Assembly (NCBI GenBank): GCA_046483495.1
Contig: JAWODC010000092.1
Location: 96,001-160,000 of the forward strand
DNA from: Desulfobacterales bacterium
Lineage (GTDB): Bacteria > Desulfobacterota > Desulfobacteria > Desulfobacterales > UBA5616
Length of the DNA stretch: 64,000 nucleotides
Direction: 5' to 3'
Below are positions 11,358 through 21,167 of the stretch, piece after piece. The notes beneath the pieces are model-generated. The model saw nothing but the letters and a program-made list of their open reading frames with translations. It searched no databases and was not told where the DNA came from. Position 1 is the stretch's first letter; each line of letters begins with the position of its first letter. The translations under genes and the position numbers were made by a program.

Positions 11358-12803
11358 TTATTGGATTTGCAGCGTACGATATTGGGTGTTCCCGTCCCGA
11401 TTCACCAGAAGCAGAATATGTTCTCCGGATTCGAGCTTTTTTACTTTTTCGAGTAGATCATCGACACTCCGAACAGGATCCTGCTCGGCCTCCACGATAA
11501 CGTCCCCGACCCTCAGGCCGGCCTCTGCCGCAGGTGATCCGGGGACCACCTGCAAAACGGCGACCCCCGAGGATACGGGCAAATTGAATCTTGCGGCAAG
11601 TTCCGGAGTGACATCCTGCACCCCCATTCCCAGTCGGGGTGTTTCTCGATCCTTTTGGGTTCGACCGGCTCTTTCGGTTTCCGTCTCGAGTTCGCCGACT
11701 TCCACGGTGACCTGCCGGGACGTGCCGTCTCTGATCATTTCGACCTCGACTCTTTTGCCGACTTCGGTGTTGGCGACGACTTTCGGCAGGTCAGCCATTT
11801 CCTCGATTTCCGTACCGGCAAATGACTTGATCACATCGCCACGTCGGATTCCGGCTTTATCCGCCGGTCCACCCTCCGTAACATCGGAAACCAATGCCCC
11901 CTTACCTGCTTCCAAGTTCAGCTTTTGCCGGATTTCGGGGGTGATTTCTTGAATCAGCACCCCGAGCCATCCCCTGACGACTTTACCCTTTTTTAGCTGG
12001 GGAAGAATACTTTTGGCCGTATCGATGGGGACGGCGAATCCTATGCCGATATTTCCGCCGGATCTGGAAAAAATGGCGGTATTGATGCCGATGACCTCAC
12101 CATCGATATTCAAAAGTGGACCGCCGCTGTTCCCCGGATTGATAGAGGCATCTGTTTGGATGAAATCTTCATACGCACTGGTGCCGATTCGCCGATATTT
12201 CGCGCTCACAATTCCTGCAGTAACCGTATTGCCGAGTCCGAACGGACTTCCGATAGCCACAACCCAATCTCCCACTTCCACTTTTTCCGAATTTCCCAAT
12301 GGCACTTCCGGCAACTTTTCCTCTGCGTTTATCCGGATAAGCGCCAGGTCGGTCAATTCGTCCATTCCCACGATTTCGGCGTCGAAATTGCGGCCGTCGG
12401 AAAGCGTTACCTCGATTTCCGTTGTTTTTCTCACCACGTGGGAATTGGTGATAATCAGCCCTTCAGAATCGATGATAAAACCGCTTCCAAGGCTTCTTTG
12501 TTTGAACTCGCGAGGCATTTGATCTCCAAAAAACCTTTCGAAGAACTCGTTGAACGGATCACCCGGCCCGAAGGGGCTTTCCGGGATATTTTGAGAAGCG
12601 ACGACCTTGACGGCACTGATGTTCACGACGGACTCACCGACCTCCTTTACAAGACTGGAAAAACTGCCGGGATCAGGGCGGACCTGAGCGACAGCAGCGG
12701 TAATGACAACAGGATCTCCTGTCCCCATGGGAATGGCACTGACCGTCATACAAAGGATAAATGCAATGCCGAATGTCAACAGCGGTGTTAATTTATGTTT
12801 CAT
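11358..12803 (-). CDS. degP: Do/DegP/DegQ serine endoprotease with two PDZ domains
   Basis: GSGFII, TNSHVV, DLAL, IQTDASINPGNSGGPL; signal peptide. Confidence 0.95.
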   Translation of the reverse strand: MKHKLTPLLTFGIAFILCMTVSAIPMGTGDPVVITAAVAQVRPDPGSFSSLVKEVGESVVNISAVKVVASQNIPESPFGPGDPFNEFFERFFGDQMPREFKQRSLGSGFIIDSEGLIITNSHVVRKTTEIEVTLSDGRNFDAEIVGMDELTDLALIRINAEEKLPEVPLGNSEKVEVGDWVVAIGSPFGLGNTVTAGIVSAKYRRIGTSAYEDFIQTDASINPGNSGGPLLNIDGEVIGINTAIFSRSGGNIGIGFAVPIDTAKSILPQLKKGKVVRGWLGVLIQEITPEIRQKLNLEAGKGALVSDVTEGGPADKAGIRRGDVIKSFAGTEIEEMADLPKVVANTEVGKRVEVEMIRDGTSRQVTVEVGELETETERAGRTQKDRETPRLGMGVQDVTPELAARFNLPVSSGVAVLQVVPGSPAAEAGLRVGDVIVEAEQDPVRSVDDLLEKVKKLESGEHILLLVNRDGNTQYRTLQIQ

Positions 12804-12890
12804 GATGCTTCCTCCTAACCGGGCGTAATCGGATATAATACGGTATTTCTATAATATTCATAATAAAATCATTTTTTTTCTGTAATGAAC

Positions 12891-12908
12891 ATCGGGTAAA
12901 TCCCGTAT
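12891..12908 (-). promoter_or_regulatory. 18-bp dyad box for degP
   Basis: ATCGGGTAAATCCCGTAT; TG-A-TTTTAT on the minus strand 22 nt away. Confidence 0.55.
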
Positions 12909-13360
12909 TCGACTGAGGTTCATGAAGCATTTATGGTTCTGCACGACCGATCGGGCCGAATAAAAACCGGGTTCCCGATTGAGATATTTCCTAGTGAGGC
13001 CCTCGTTTAAACAGGATGCGAGTAGACAGTGTGGATTCATGCGGTATGAATTACGCTATATGTTGTATTTTATGAACCGGATGCCGATGAAGATGCTTTG
13101 AGAAATAAATCAGTAAATATCCATTTATTCCTGATGTTCAATTTGCCGGATCAATGGTATGTTAATCAAAACATTGAAAACAAGGTATAAAACTGTTGCT
13201 TTTTTCCGTGAATTCAAATGCGTTTTACCGTTCATGGAATGCAGCATATGAGTGCAGGAAAATCAATCGGCAAAAAGTGCATATGAAAACCGCAGTCAAC
13301 GGGAAGACAAATCCCGTATGCGGCGTGTGGAAAGAAACGGAAAAAAACACGGAACCCATC

Positions 13361-14029
13361 ATGAAAAACAAGCATCGGGTAATGATAGCGGAAGATCACG
13401 ATATCGTGCGCCAGGCGCTGCGGTATATGATCACCAACCGATTTAAGGAAGTGGATGTGGTGGCGGAGGCGAAAGACGGCCTGGAAGCTATCAAGTTTAT
13501 CCGGAAATATCATCCGGATATTCTGGTCCTCGATATCAGCATGCCGAAACTTGACGGTTTCTCCGTTATCGATGCGATTCGGCATTTCAGTGAAAACATA
13601 AAAATAATCATTCTGACCATCCATAAAAATGAAGAATATATTCGCACGGCCTTTAAATACGGCATAAATGCGTATTGCCTGAAATCCTCCTCATTCGATG
13701 AACTGGCAATGGCTATACGGATGACGTTGTCCGGGAAACGCTTCATTACACCGGAGATTTCCAAAAATGTATTGAACGGATACTTGGAAAATGCCGACGA
13801 CATCGAAAAGGTAAAAGAGAAGACCATATGGGACAATATTTCACAGCGCGAACGGGAAGTGCTGAAATTGGTCGGAGAAGGGTATAAAAACAGAGAAATC
13901 GCAGATTACCTGTGCATCAGTTTAAAAACGGTTGAAAAGCACAGATCGAACATCATGAAAAAGCTGAATATGCACACCTCCAGCGCTCTGGCAGCTTATG
14001 CCGCAAAAAAGAACCTGGTTACGTTTTAG
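13361..14029 (+). CDS. NarL/FixJ-family response regulator (REC + LuxR HTH)
   Basis: AEDH, LDISMP, SQREREVLKLVGEGYKNREIA..L.IS.KTVEKHR; start uncertain. Confidence 0.95.
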   Translation: MKNKHRVMIAEDHDIVRQALRYMITNRFKEVDVVAEAKDGLEAIKFIRKYHPDILVLDISMPKLDGFSVIDAIRHFSENIKIIILTIHKNEEYIRTAFKYGINAYCLKSSSFDELAMAIRMTLSGKRFITPEISKNVLNGYLENADDIEKVKEKTIWDNISQREREVLKLVGEGYKNREIADYLCISLKTVEKHRSNIMKKLNMHTSSALAAYAAKKNLVTF

Positions 14030-14599
14030 AACCTGGTTACGGTTTTAATTGTTGGCGTTCACAAACCCCCGAAAGCGAATTTTAAATCGAAAAAACGAAC
14101 AATTCGAACAAAAGGAAGCGCTTACACGGGCGATGTGTATAGATATTACTTGCATTTTCAACAATTTTCTGCGATATATTATAAGTATAAAAACGTTAGA
14201 CTCACCAACGTAATCCAATACTGCAGCACCTGAAATAATTATTGAAATTCACCGTTTCGATTTGGGTTGTATTTAAACCCTGATACCCGTTTCGCAATTT
14301 TATGATGAATTCAGCCCGGTGAGGCTCCCATGTGAATCCCGGATGCGAACATGAGGAATTGGGAACCGGCCGATCTTAAAAAAAGGCTGATTCGGGCGTT
14401 CATCGAGCGTCTGTTCTCGAAGCGCTTTTAAGTTTCCTTTCGCACTGCGGCTGTACGGATACTTGCACGGCAAGGCGGAAAGATGAAAAAATCGGATTTC
14501 GAATGCTTCGTGGAAAACCAATGCCCGAGGCTACGGCCACTGCATCGGCCATAAAAAATTCCTTGGTTTTTTTAGAGGAAATAACCGAGGATTATTCAA

Positions 14600-15325
14600 A
14601 TGGGAAATAAACACAAAGCGGACGTCGGAAATGCCGGGTTGAATGCCGCCAAGCAAAAAAAAACGAGGGTGTTTTTGGTCGACGATCATCGTGTCGTGGT
14701 GGAAGGCATTCGCAACTACCTTGCCGATAAAGGGGACTTCGAGGTAATCGGCTATTCCATTGACGGCAGGGATGCTGTCAGACAGGTCAGGGCGCTGAAG
14801 CCCGACATAGTTATCATGGATGTGTTCATGCCGAATTTCAACGGCGTCGAAGCTGCTTATGAAATCACCAAGTCCGGACTGCCGACAAAAATCGTCGCTT
14901 ACACCATGTCTTCCGATAAGGAGCATGTCCTTTCGTTTTTCCGGGCGGGCATTTCCGGATATGTTCTTAAGGAGGATGCCCTCGAAGATTTACTGCGGGC
15001 CCTGGAGGCGGTCAAGAGCGGCGGCACCTATTATTCAAGGATTGTCGACAAGCATATACGAACCCGCATGCAAAGTCTCGAACGGGGGGATGCAGCCGGT
15101 GTTACCGCGCCCGAGGACGGCATCGGACGCTTGAGTTTTCGGGAGAAGGAAATCCTGCCGATGCTGGCCGACGGAAAAAACAGCAGAGAAATCGCCGAAG
15201 TTTTGCACATCAGCCCCAAAACGGTCGAATCCCACAAGTACAATATTATGGAAAAGCTCGGTGTTTCCACAGTTGCCGCTTTAACAAAGATAGCCATTAA
15301 GGAAAAGCTGATCAAAATTGAATAA
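14600..15325 (+). CDS. NarL/FixJ-family response regulator
   Basis: VDDH, MDVFMP, LSFREKEIL...ISPKTVESH. Confidence 0.95.
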   Translation: MGNKHKADVGNAGLNAAKQKKTRVFLVDDHRVVVEGIRNYLADKGDFEVIGYSIDGRDAVRQVRALKPDIVIMDVFMPNFNGVEAAYEITKSGLPTKIVAYTMSSDKEHVLSFFRAGISGYVLKEDALEDLLRALEAVKSGGTYYSRIVDKHIRTRMQSLERGDAAGVTAPEDGIGRLSFREKEILPMLADGKNSREIAEVLHISPKTVESHKYNIMEKLGVSTVAALTKIAIKEKLIKIE

Positions 15326-15405
15326 AATTCCTGCCCGATCTACTGCATTTTACCGACCGAGATGCCTTTTGCGCAGGCCTGATTGCATTTATGTGTTGAT
15401 GATCC

Positions 15406-16170
15406 ATGCATAGACATCTTCCCCTCAGGGTAATGACGTATAACATCCACAGCTGCATCAATATACGGCGGAAAAGCGATATCAATGCCATTGCGGATAT
15501 AATTTCACCGCGATCCCCCGATGTGGTGGCGCTTCAGGAGGTGGATGTTCGAAAGAAGAGGACCGGTCGAATCGATCAGGTCGGCATAATCGCCGAACGC
15601 CTCGGAATGACGCCTGAATTCTATCCTCTGGTCCGGAAGGGAAACGAAGCATACGGATTAGGAATTTTGAGCCGCTTGCCGGTCGAAGTCATTAAATGCG
15701 GTCGCCTGCCTGCGAGGAATCCACAGGGAGGTTCGGAACCCCGGGGGGCGATGTGGATTCGAATTGAAGCGCCCGGCGGGATGGTGAATTTTGTCAACAC
15801 CCATTTAGGGTTGACGCCCAAAGATCGATTTCTTCAAATTCGGGCACTGTTTGGAAAAGAATGGGGCCTGGGCATTCCTGAGAATCAACCCGTGATTTTC
15901 TGCGGTGATTTCAATGCCGGCGTTCGGTCAGCGGTGTACCGAAAAATTACTTCATGCCTGTTGGACGTTCAGAAGCAGGCAAAACAATCCGGGTATCCGA
16001 AGGCAACTTTCTTTTCCATGTACCCGATGGTCCGCATCGATCATATTTTCATTTCCAAGCATCTGCATCCGGTCTTCGTGGAAGTGCCTTCCGCTCTCAA
16101 AGCCAGGACAGCTTCCGATCACCTGCCGGTTTTCGCAGAACTGACGTTTGCAAAAAAAGTTCACCTCTAG
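15406..16170 (+). CDS. Endonuclease/exonuclease/phosphatase family protein
   Basis: TYNIH, ALQEVD, NTHL, GDFN, IDHI, SDHLP. Confidence 0.93.
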   Translation: MHRHLPLRVMTYNIHSCINIRRKSDINAIADIISPRSPDVVALQEVDVRKKRTGRIDQVGIIAERLGMTPEFYPLVRKGNEAYGLGILSRLPVEVIKCGRLPARNPQGGSEPRGAMWIRIEAPGGMVNFVNTHLGLTPKDRFLQIRALFGKEWGLGIPENQPVIFCGDFNAGVRSAVYRKITSCLLDVQKQAKQSGYPKATFFSMYPMVRIDHIFISKHLHPVFVEVPSALKARTASDHLPVFAELTFAKKVHL

Positions 16171-16216
16171 CAGATTAATTCACCCGTGCATACCGGTCCA
16201 ACTGCAAACGATAGGG

Positions 16217-16522
16217 TTAATCACCGATTTTTCTGAAAATTTCCTCGACCTCATCCTGCCCTTTTTTGTAGAAACCGTCCTCGTCGGGCGCCAATGCCTT
16301 TAAGAGCGTCAGAAATTCACCTACATGTTCTTTTTCTTCATTGGCGATGTCGACAAGCACGGCCTTGGCCTTCTTATTGTCCGTTGCTTGGGCCAGCTGC
16401 ATGTAAAGCTGAATGGCTTCAAATTCCGCCGCTATACTGAAGCGAATGGCTCGAATCAGTTCCTGATCCGTTACCTTGCGGTCCAGGTTATTTCCGGCAA
16501 ACGGTTGGGCAAATTCAGGCAT
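16217..16522 (-). CDS. Ferritin-like (rubrerythrin/encapsulated-ferritin-like) protein
   Basis: AEFEAIQLY ... DIANEEKEHVGEF; GGAGGA RBS. Confidence 0.88.
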   Translation of the reverse strand: MPEFAQPFAGNNLDRKVTDQELIRAIRFSIAAEFEAIQLYMQLAQATDNKKAKAVLVDIANEEKEHVGEFLTLLKALAPDEDGFYKKGQDEVEEIFRKIGD

Positions 16523-16628
16523 GTACTCCTCCAATCCGAAAACGAGTTTCAACAAAATTGACTTCCTCGGAGCGGGTTCGTAACCGGTGCTCTTTGGCCA
16601 TTTATAAAGGCGGAATCGATGGTTTTCC

Positions 16629-16646
16629 ATAGGGTTCATCCTGTAT
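16629..16646 (-). promoter_or_regulatory. 18-bp dyad box for the ferritin-like gene
   Basis: ATAGGGTTCATCCTGTAT; TATAAA on the minus strand at 16606, 22 nt away. Confidence 0.65.
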
Positions 16647-16759
16647 TTGCTTCCGGCGGGGTATTCAAAGCTTCTCCACCATGCTGCTGATCACGGTTAA
16701 GCGTTCAAAATGCCGCCAAAAGCGGAAAAGCCCCCGTTACCATGAGGTCGGCAGAGGGA

Positions 16760-16777
16760 ATAGGGGATTTTTGGTAT
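16760..16777 (+). promoter_or_regulatory. Degenerate dyad box for the Mth938-like gene
   Basis: ATAGGGGATTTTTGGTAT; TAAATT at 16800, 22 nt away. Confidence 0.45.
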
Positions 16778-16868
16778 TTATGATGCCCTGATAGTCATGT
16801 AAATTTTTGAAGTCGAATCATTCTGTTTTTGGGCATGAAAGCCTGAAATTGCCTTGCCGGGAGGAGAT

Positions 16869-17210
16869 ATGATCGAAGATTATACACAGGGACGGATTCG
16901 AATCGATGGAAAGAGCTATGATGAGGATATCAAAATCATTGAAAAGAAGGTAAAACCCCACTGGTGGCGGAGAGAGGGGCACCGGCTGGAGAAGGCGGAT
17001 ATCGGTGATGTTTTCAAGGCCCGTCCGGATATTCTTGTTGTCGGAACCGGCTATGCACAGCAAATGAAAGTTTCCGAAGATGTTCTATCGCATGCCCGGG
17101 ATAACGGCATGCGTGTGATTTCCGAGTCCACGCCCTCTGCAGTGAAGACCTTTAATCGCATTTTGGCGGAGGGGGGGGAGGTGGCGGGAGTGTTCCACCT
17201 AACCTGCTAG
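16869..17210 (+). CDS. Mth938-like domain protein
   Basis: I..Y..GRI.IDG..Y..D, WWRREGH, LVVGTG, FHLTC. Confidence 0.9.
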   Translation: MIEDYTQGRIRIDGKSYDEDIKIIEKKVKPHWWRREGHRLEKADIGDVFKARPDILVVGTGYAQQMKVSEDVLSHARDNGMRVISESTPSAVKTFNRILAEGGEVAGVFHLTC

Positions 17211-17352
17211 TGGCCGTCCGGAAGGGGCATCTTTTGATCCGGAGCGGCGTTTTCGCCTTTTTGAAGTCCTCAAAATAGCAGACTATTCCTGCGGCTTCAA
17301 AAAGAGCTCATGCCTTGCTCCGGACCAAAAGCCACCCCTTCCGGACGGCCAC
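17210..17352. repeat. 143-bp palindromic MITE/REP-like element
   Basis: Perfect 18-bp terminal inverted repeats (GTGGCCGTCCGGAAGGGG / CCCCTTCCGGACGGCCAC) with imperfect pairing continuing inward. Confidence 0.8.
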
Positions 17353-17366
17353 CGGACGATTTAATT

Positions 17367-17410
17367 CGGAAGGGGCATCTTTTGATCCGGAGCGGCGTTT
17401 TCGCCTTTTT
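17367..17410 (+). repeat. 44-bp partial second copy of the element's left arm
   Basis: Identical to 17219-17262. Confidence 0.85.
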
Positions 17411-17424
17411 TCCGGGGACACCGC

Positions 17425-18111
17425 TTATCCTTCTGAACTCTCGCGGGTCATTCGATCTCTTAACCAGCGCAAGAGAAGAACCGCAACAATGAGCAGGCCG
17501 AAAAAGGCGCCGATATTCTTTAAGCCGGGGTTTTTTATGGCGGTGACGAGCCGGTCTGCCAGAATCATGGCGGCCGTGATTCCCGGTGCAAGGCCGATAA
17601 GGGTGCCCAAAAAGAAACTTTTAAAATCCAGCCTCATTGCGCCCGCGATGACATTGACAATGCTGTAGGGTGCAACCGGAAGGTTTCGAATGGCTGCGAC
17701 GGTAAGGATGCCCTGGTTTGCCGACAAACGTCGAAGTTTCTCGATTCGATCGCCGGTCATCCGTTGAACGGTTTTATTTCCCAGGAGAATGCCCACCCAA
17801 TACGTGGCGACGGCGTTTAGCAGACTGCCCGCCATGGCGATAACTCCGCCTAAAATCGGTTCGAATACCAGAGCGGTGACACCGATTAGAAACGTGATCG
17901 GTATTACGACAAATCCACCGATAACATATGCGGCCAACGCGATAAGCGGCAAAAAAGGATTTCCGCTGATTTTGCGGGCCCAATAATTCATATTTTCGAC
18001 GCTGATCCATTCCGAAAGTGCGGTCAACTGCCAGGCAGCCGCAAGTGCGATCAAAACAGCGAGTGCGGCGGCTCCCAGCCATAGCGATTTCTTGTCTTGT
18101 TTTTTGGGCAT
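17425..18111 (-). CDS. TVP38/TMEM64 (VTT, DedA-like) membrane protein
   Basis: YVIGG..VIP.T.L; RNLPVAPYSIVN..AG; FFLGTLIGLAPG. Confidence 0.9.
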   Translation of the reverse strand: MPKKQDKKSLWLGAAALAVLIALAAAWQLTALSEWISVENMNYWARKISGNPFLPLIALAAYVIGGFVVIPITFLIGVTALVFEPILGGVIAMAGSLLNAVATYWVGILLGNKTVQRMTGDRIEKLRRLSANQGILTVAAIRNLPVAPYSIVNVIAGAMRLDFKSFFLGTLIGLAPGITAAMILADRLVTAIKNPGLKNIGAFFGLLIVAVLLLRWLRDRMTRESSEG

Positions 18112-18268
18112 CGAGGATTACATTTCCACATTGATCAACATGGTTTCCAAAGGCGGTTTGAACCTCTATCGAGGCCCGACAGCGAATGGACCGGATTATG
18201 TTACATATCGGCGGTATATATGTTCATCGACATGTTTTTAAGTCGGTTCGGGACCGGGAAAAAGCCCT

Positions 18269-19876
18269 TCAGGAAAGCTTCGCACCGATGAGCTTCGTTA
18301 TCTGAGCGTTTTTTAATGCATATGCTTCCGAGAGGATACGATGCAGGGTATCATCCTCTGAAAATCGGGTGTCGATGCTGATATTGTGATCCGGGTCCTG
18401 TTCGGAAACCGGATCGAAATGCGCCATGATATCGTCGAAGTGCATCAGCCGGGCATCGGAATCACCGTTTGGACCGGTTTCGCGTTTCTTCAAGCGATCT
18501 AAAAGCGTCATTCGATTTGCAGAACAATGAACAAAGATCAGGTTGGCATCCAAATCCAACGCAAGCCTTCGGGCGGCATCCCGCCACCGTATCTTGGAAA
18601 AAGTGGCATCGAGAATGGCGGATGCGCCCGATTTAAGTCGCTCCTGGGCCAGGGCGAACAAATGCGTATAGATGTGATCGCGCATGGACTCCCGGTAAAT
18701 ACCGGTGCCGTAAGGAACGGACCGCTTCTCGGATACCGGCATCTCTTGCTTCCGAACGAGGTCGGACCGGAAAACGGGAAAAAGAAGGGAGTCGCCGGTG
18801 CAGCGGGCCATGGTGGATTTGCCCGAAGCGGGCGGTCCGAAAAATACCCATAATGTGGGACGCCCGAACAGAAGGCAATAGTGGAAAGCCTGATCAAAAT
18901 ATCGATGGATCTCGCTAAGCAAGAATCGCCTGCGGTTTTCCGAAGCTCCCCGCAACGAAAGGCAGCAGACCTTTACTCTTACAAGGGCACGGTAGGCGCA
19001 ATAGTAGTCGATCAGGGCATAGAGCATTCGGTCATCCGCATGTGCCGCATAGGTCTTCAAAATCTCCCGCCCGAGTTCGGCGTGCCCGAGGTGATCGAGT
19101 TCCATATAAAGAAATGCGAGGTCCAGTACGGTATCCCCGTAGCGGAACCGATCGTTGAACTCGATGCAGTCGATGATCTGAAGACCCCCGTAAAAATAAA
19201 TATGCTCCGGCCTCAAATCCCCATGCCCGTCCCGAATTCTGCCGGTTTGGATTCTGAGATCGAACAGCGATTCATAATCGTTCAGAAAATTTCGGCTGAT
19301 CTGACATATAAATTGCCATTGTTCCCGCTCCATGTAGTCATCGACAAACGGTTCGATTTCATCGATGTTTTCTTCCAGATTATACGAGAGTGTTTCTTTT
19401 TTGCCGAATCCATCGATTTCACGGCTTCTGTCCGCGTTCTGATAAAAGCGGGACAAGCGCTGTCCGATAAAGCGGCACTTTTCACCAATGTCCGGATCAT
19501 CCGATTCCAACATGTGCTTCAGACAGCATTCATCGGGAAGCCTGCGCATTTTTACGGCATATTCCACGGGCGTTTTAGAGGGGGTCAGCGAATACTGCCC
19601 GGGGCTGATCTCATAAATGGGCACCACTTCCATATAGATGCCATGGCTGAGGCGCTGATTGAGAATGATTTCCCGGCTGCAGAAATAATGCCGGTCCGTC
19701 AGCCGGGTAAAATCCAAAAAATCGAAACGCACCGGCTTCTTGAGCTTGTAGACCCATTTTTCCGTTAAGAACACCACCGAAATATGCGTCTCGATTTGCT
19801 TTATGCTTGATTCCCCATCGGGATAAAAACCCGGTTCGGCCATGGCATTGCATATGTGTTCAAATCGCCGCGCCAT
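18269..19876 (-). CDS. Aminoglycoside-phosphotransferase-like domain fused to P-loop AAA kinase (Rv2004c-like)
   Basis: ETHISVVFLT..VYKLKKPV, HGDLRPEHI, DCIEFN; GPPASGKST; SDA. Confidence 0.92.
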   Translation of the reverse strand: MARRFEHICNAMAEPGFYPDGESSIKQIETHISVVFLTEKWVYKLKKPVRFDFLDFTRLTDRHYFCSREIILNQRLSHGIYMEVVPIYEISPGQYSLTPSKTPVEYAVKMRRLPDECCLKHMLESDDPDIGEKCRFIGQRLSRFYQNADRSREIDGFGKKETLSYNLEENIDEIEPFVDDYMEREQWQFICQISRNFLNDYESLFDLRIQTGRIRDGHGDLRPEHIYFYGGLQIIDCIEFNDRFRYGDTVLDLAFLYMELDHLGHAELGREILKTYAAHADDRMLYALIDYYCAYRALVRVKVCCLSLRGASENRRRFLLSEIHRYFDQAFHYCLLFGRPTLWVFFGPPASGKSTMARCTGDSLLFPVFRSDLVRKQEMPVSEKRSVPYGTGIYRESMRDHIYTHLFALAQERLKSGASAILDATFSKIRWRDAARRLALDLDANLIFVHCSANRMTLLDRLKKRETGPNGDSDARLMHFDDIMAHFDPVSEQDPDHNISIDTRFSEDDTLHRILSEAYALKNAQITKLIGAKLS

Positions 19877-20160
19877 ATCTTTTGTTCCAAAAATATAAAG
19901 TATTGCGCCTGAGGCGGCATTGCTGAAAAATTCATATTATTATACCATTTTCAACGTGAAGATTGAAAGAAATTTCCTGCCCGGCGGAAGCCAGGTTCAT
20001 AGCGTTCGAAAAGCCGACGGCAGATGTCACCTACCACGATGCCGACAAAAAAATACATTTCATCCTTTATTCAACCAGCATTTCATACATGTAAAATTGA
20101 TTACAGAGCATGTGAACCGGTGTAACGGTGAAAATATAAACGAGAGGAGGCCGTCGATTC

Positions 20161-21159
20161 ATGTGGATAGTCGTGTTTTTCGGTTTGCTGATCGCCGTTT
20201 TTTCTGCGCTTGAGCGGCACGTTCAATGGATTGCCGCCTTTTGTGCGTTTTTTGGTGAAGGTTGTCTCAGAACCGAGAAATTCACCTTATTTAAAATCCC
20301 CATTTCGTGGTGGGGAATCGGGTATTATTGTGCGCTCGGTGTTTTATTGTACTTTTACCAGCCGCTGGTATTCTGGTTTGTCATGATAGGAGCCGGTTTC
20401 GAATTGAGTTTCTTGTGGATTATGGTGGCTATTCGTGCATTCTGTATATTTTGCCTGTTTAATGCGCTTGCTGTTTTCGTGTTGGTGTGGATGGTCTACA
20501 CCCCGGATAAAATCCTGACGGGCGCCGTTGTGGCGCTGCTCTTTTTCATTGTCTCCAAGTTTCTCATTTCATCGGAAAACAAGCCGGAAGCACCCGGAAG
20601 TTCAGGTGACGTCACGAAGGCGAATGCCGGTGACGAACCCACGTTGGGTTCACCTGCCGCCGGTGTAACGGTCGTTGAATTTTCCGATCCCTTTTGCCCG
20701 GCGTGCCGCAAAATGCATCAGGTCGCCAAAAAAATCAGGGCATACTACGGTAATAAAATCCATTGGATTTTTCGGGATTTTCCACTTGAGATACATGAGG
20801 GAGCCCACCTGGCTTCTCAGGCCTCTCACTGCGCCGGAGAGCAGGATGATGCTAAATTTTGGCAATACCAGGACTTCTTGTATGAAACCGACATTGTCTC
20901 CGGTCTTCCCGATTTGTACCGAGGTGCTGAAAGACTCGGTTTGAAGCCGTCACGATTTAAAAAATGCCTGAAAAGCGGGCGATATCGTCATCACGTGGAC
21001 AGAAACATCGAGTCTGGAAAAAAAACGGGAATTTCTGCAGTTCCCGCCTATGTCATCAATGGAGAAATATTTCAAGGCTTTTTCTCATTCGAGGAATTCA
21101 GAAAAAAAGTTGATGACGCATTGAATGCTTCCAACCCAAACCCCGGCACACCGGGGTGA
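20161..21159 (+). CDS. VKOR-like membrane domain fused to DsbA/thioredoxin domain
   Basis: CAFFGEGC loop and CIFC in the TM region; EFSDPFCPAC, RDFPL and cis-Pro AVPAY. Confidence 0.88.
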   Translation: MWIVVFFGLLIAVFSALERHVQWIAAFCAFFGEGCLRTEKFTLFKIPISWWGIGYYCALGVLLYFYQPLVFWFVMIGAGFELSFLWIMVAIRAFCIFCLFNALAVFVLVWMVYTPDKILTGAVVALLFFIVSKFLISSENKPEAPGSSGDVTKANAGDEPTLGSPAAGVTVVEFSDPFCPACRKMHQVAKKIRAYYGNKIHWIFRDFPLEIHEGAHLASQASHCAGEQDDAKFWQYQDFLYETDIVSGLPDLYRGAERLGLKPSRFKKCLKSGRYRHHVDRNIESGKKTGISAVPAYVINGEIFQGFFSFEEFRKKVDDALNASNPNPGTPG

Positions 21160-21167
21160 TAAAGCGG

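Noticed and set aside
14351..14431. 26-aa ORF MRNWEPADLKKRLIRAFIERLFSKRF
   Set aside because: No RBS or recognisable homology
16211..16228. ATAGGGTTAATCACCGAT, resembling the dyad box
   Set aside because: Overlaps the ferritin-like stop between convergent genes, so there is no promoter to control; not counted
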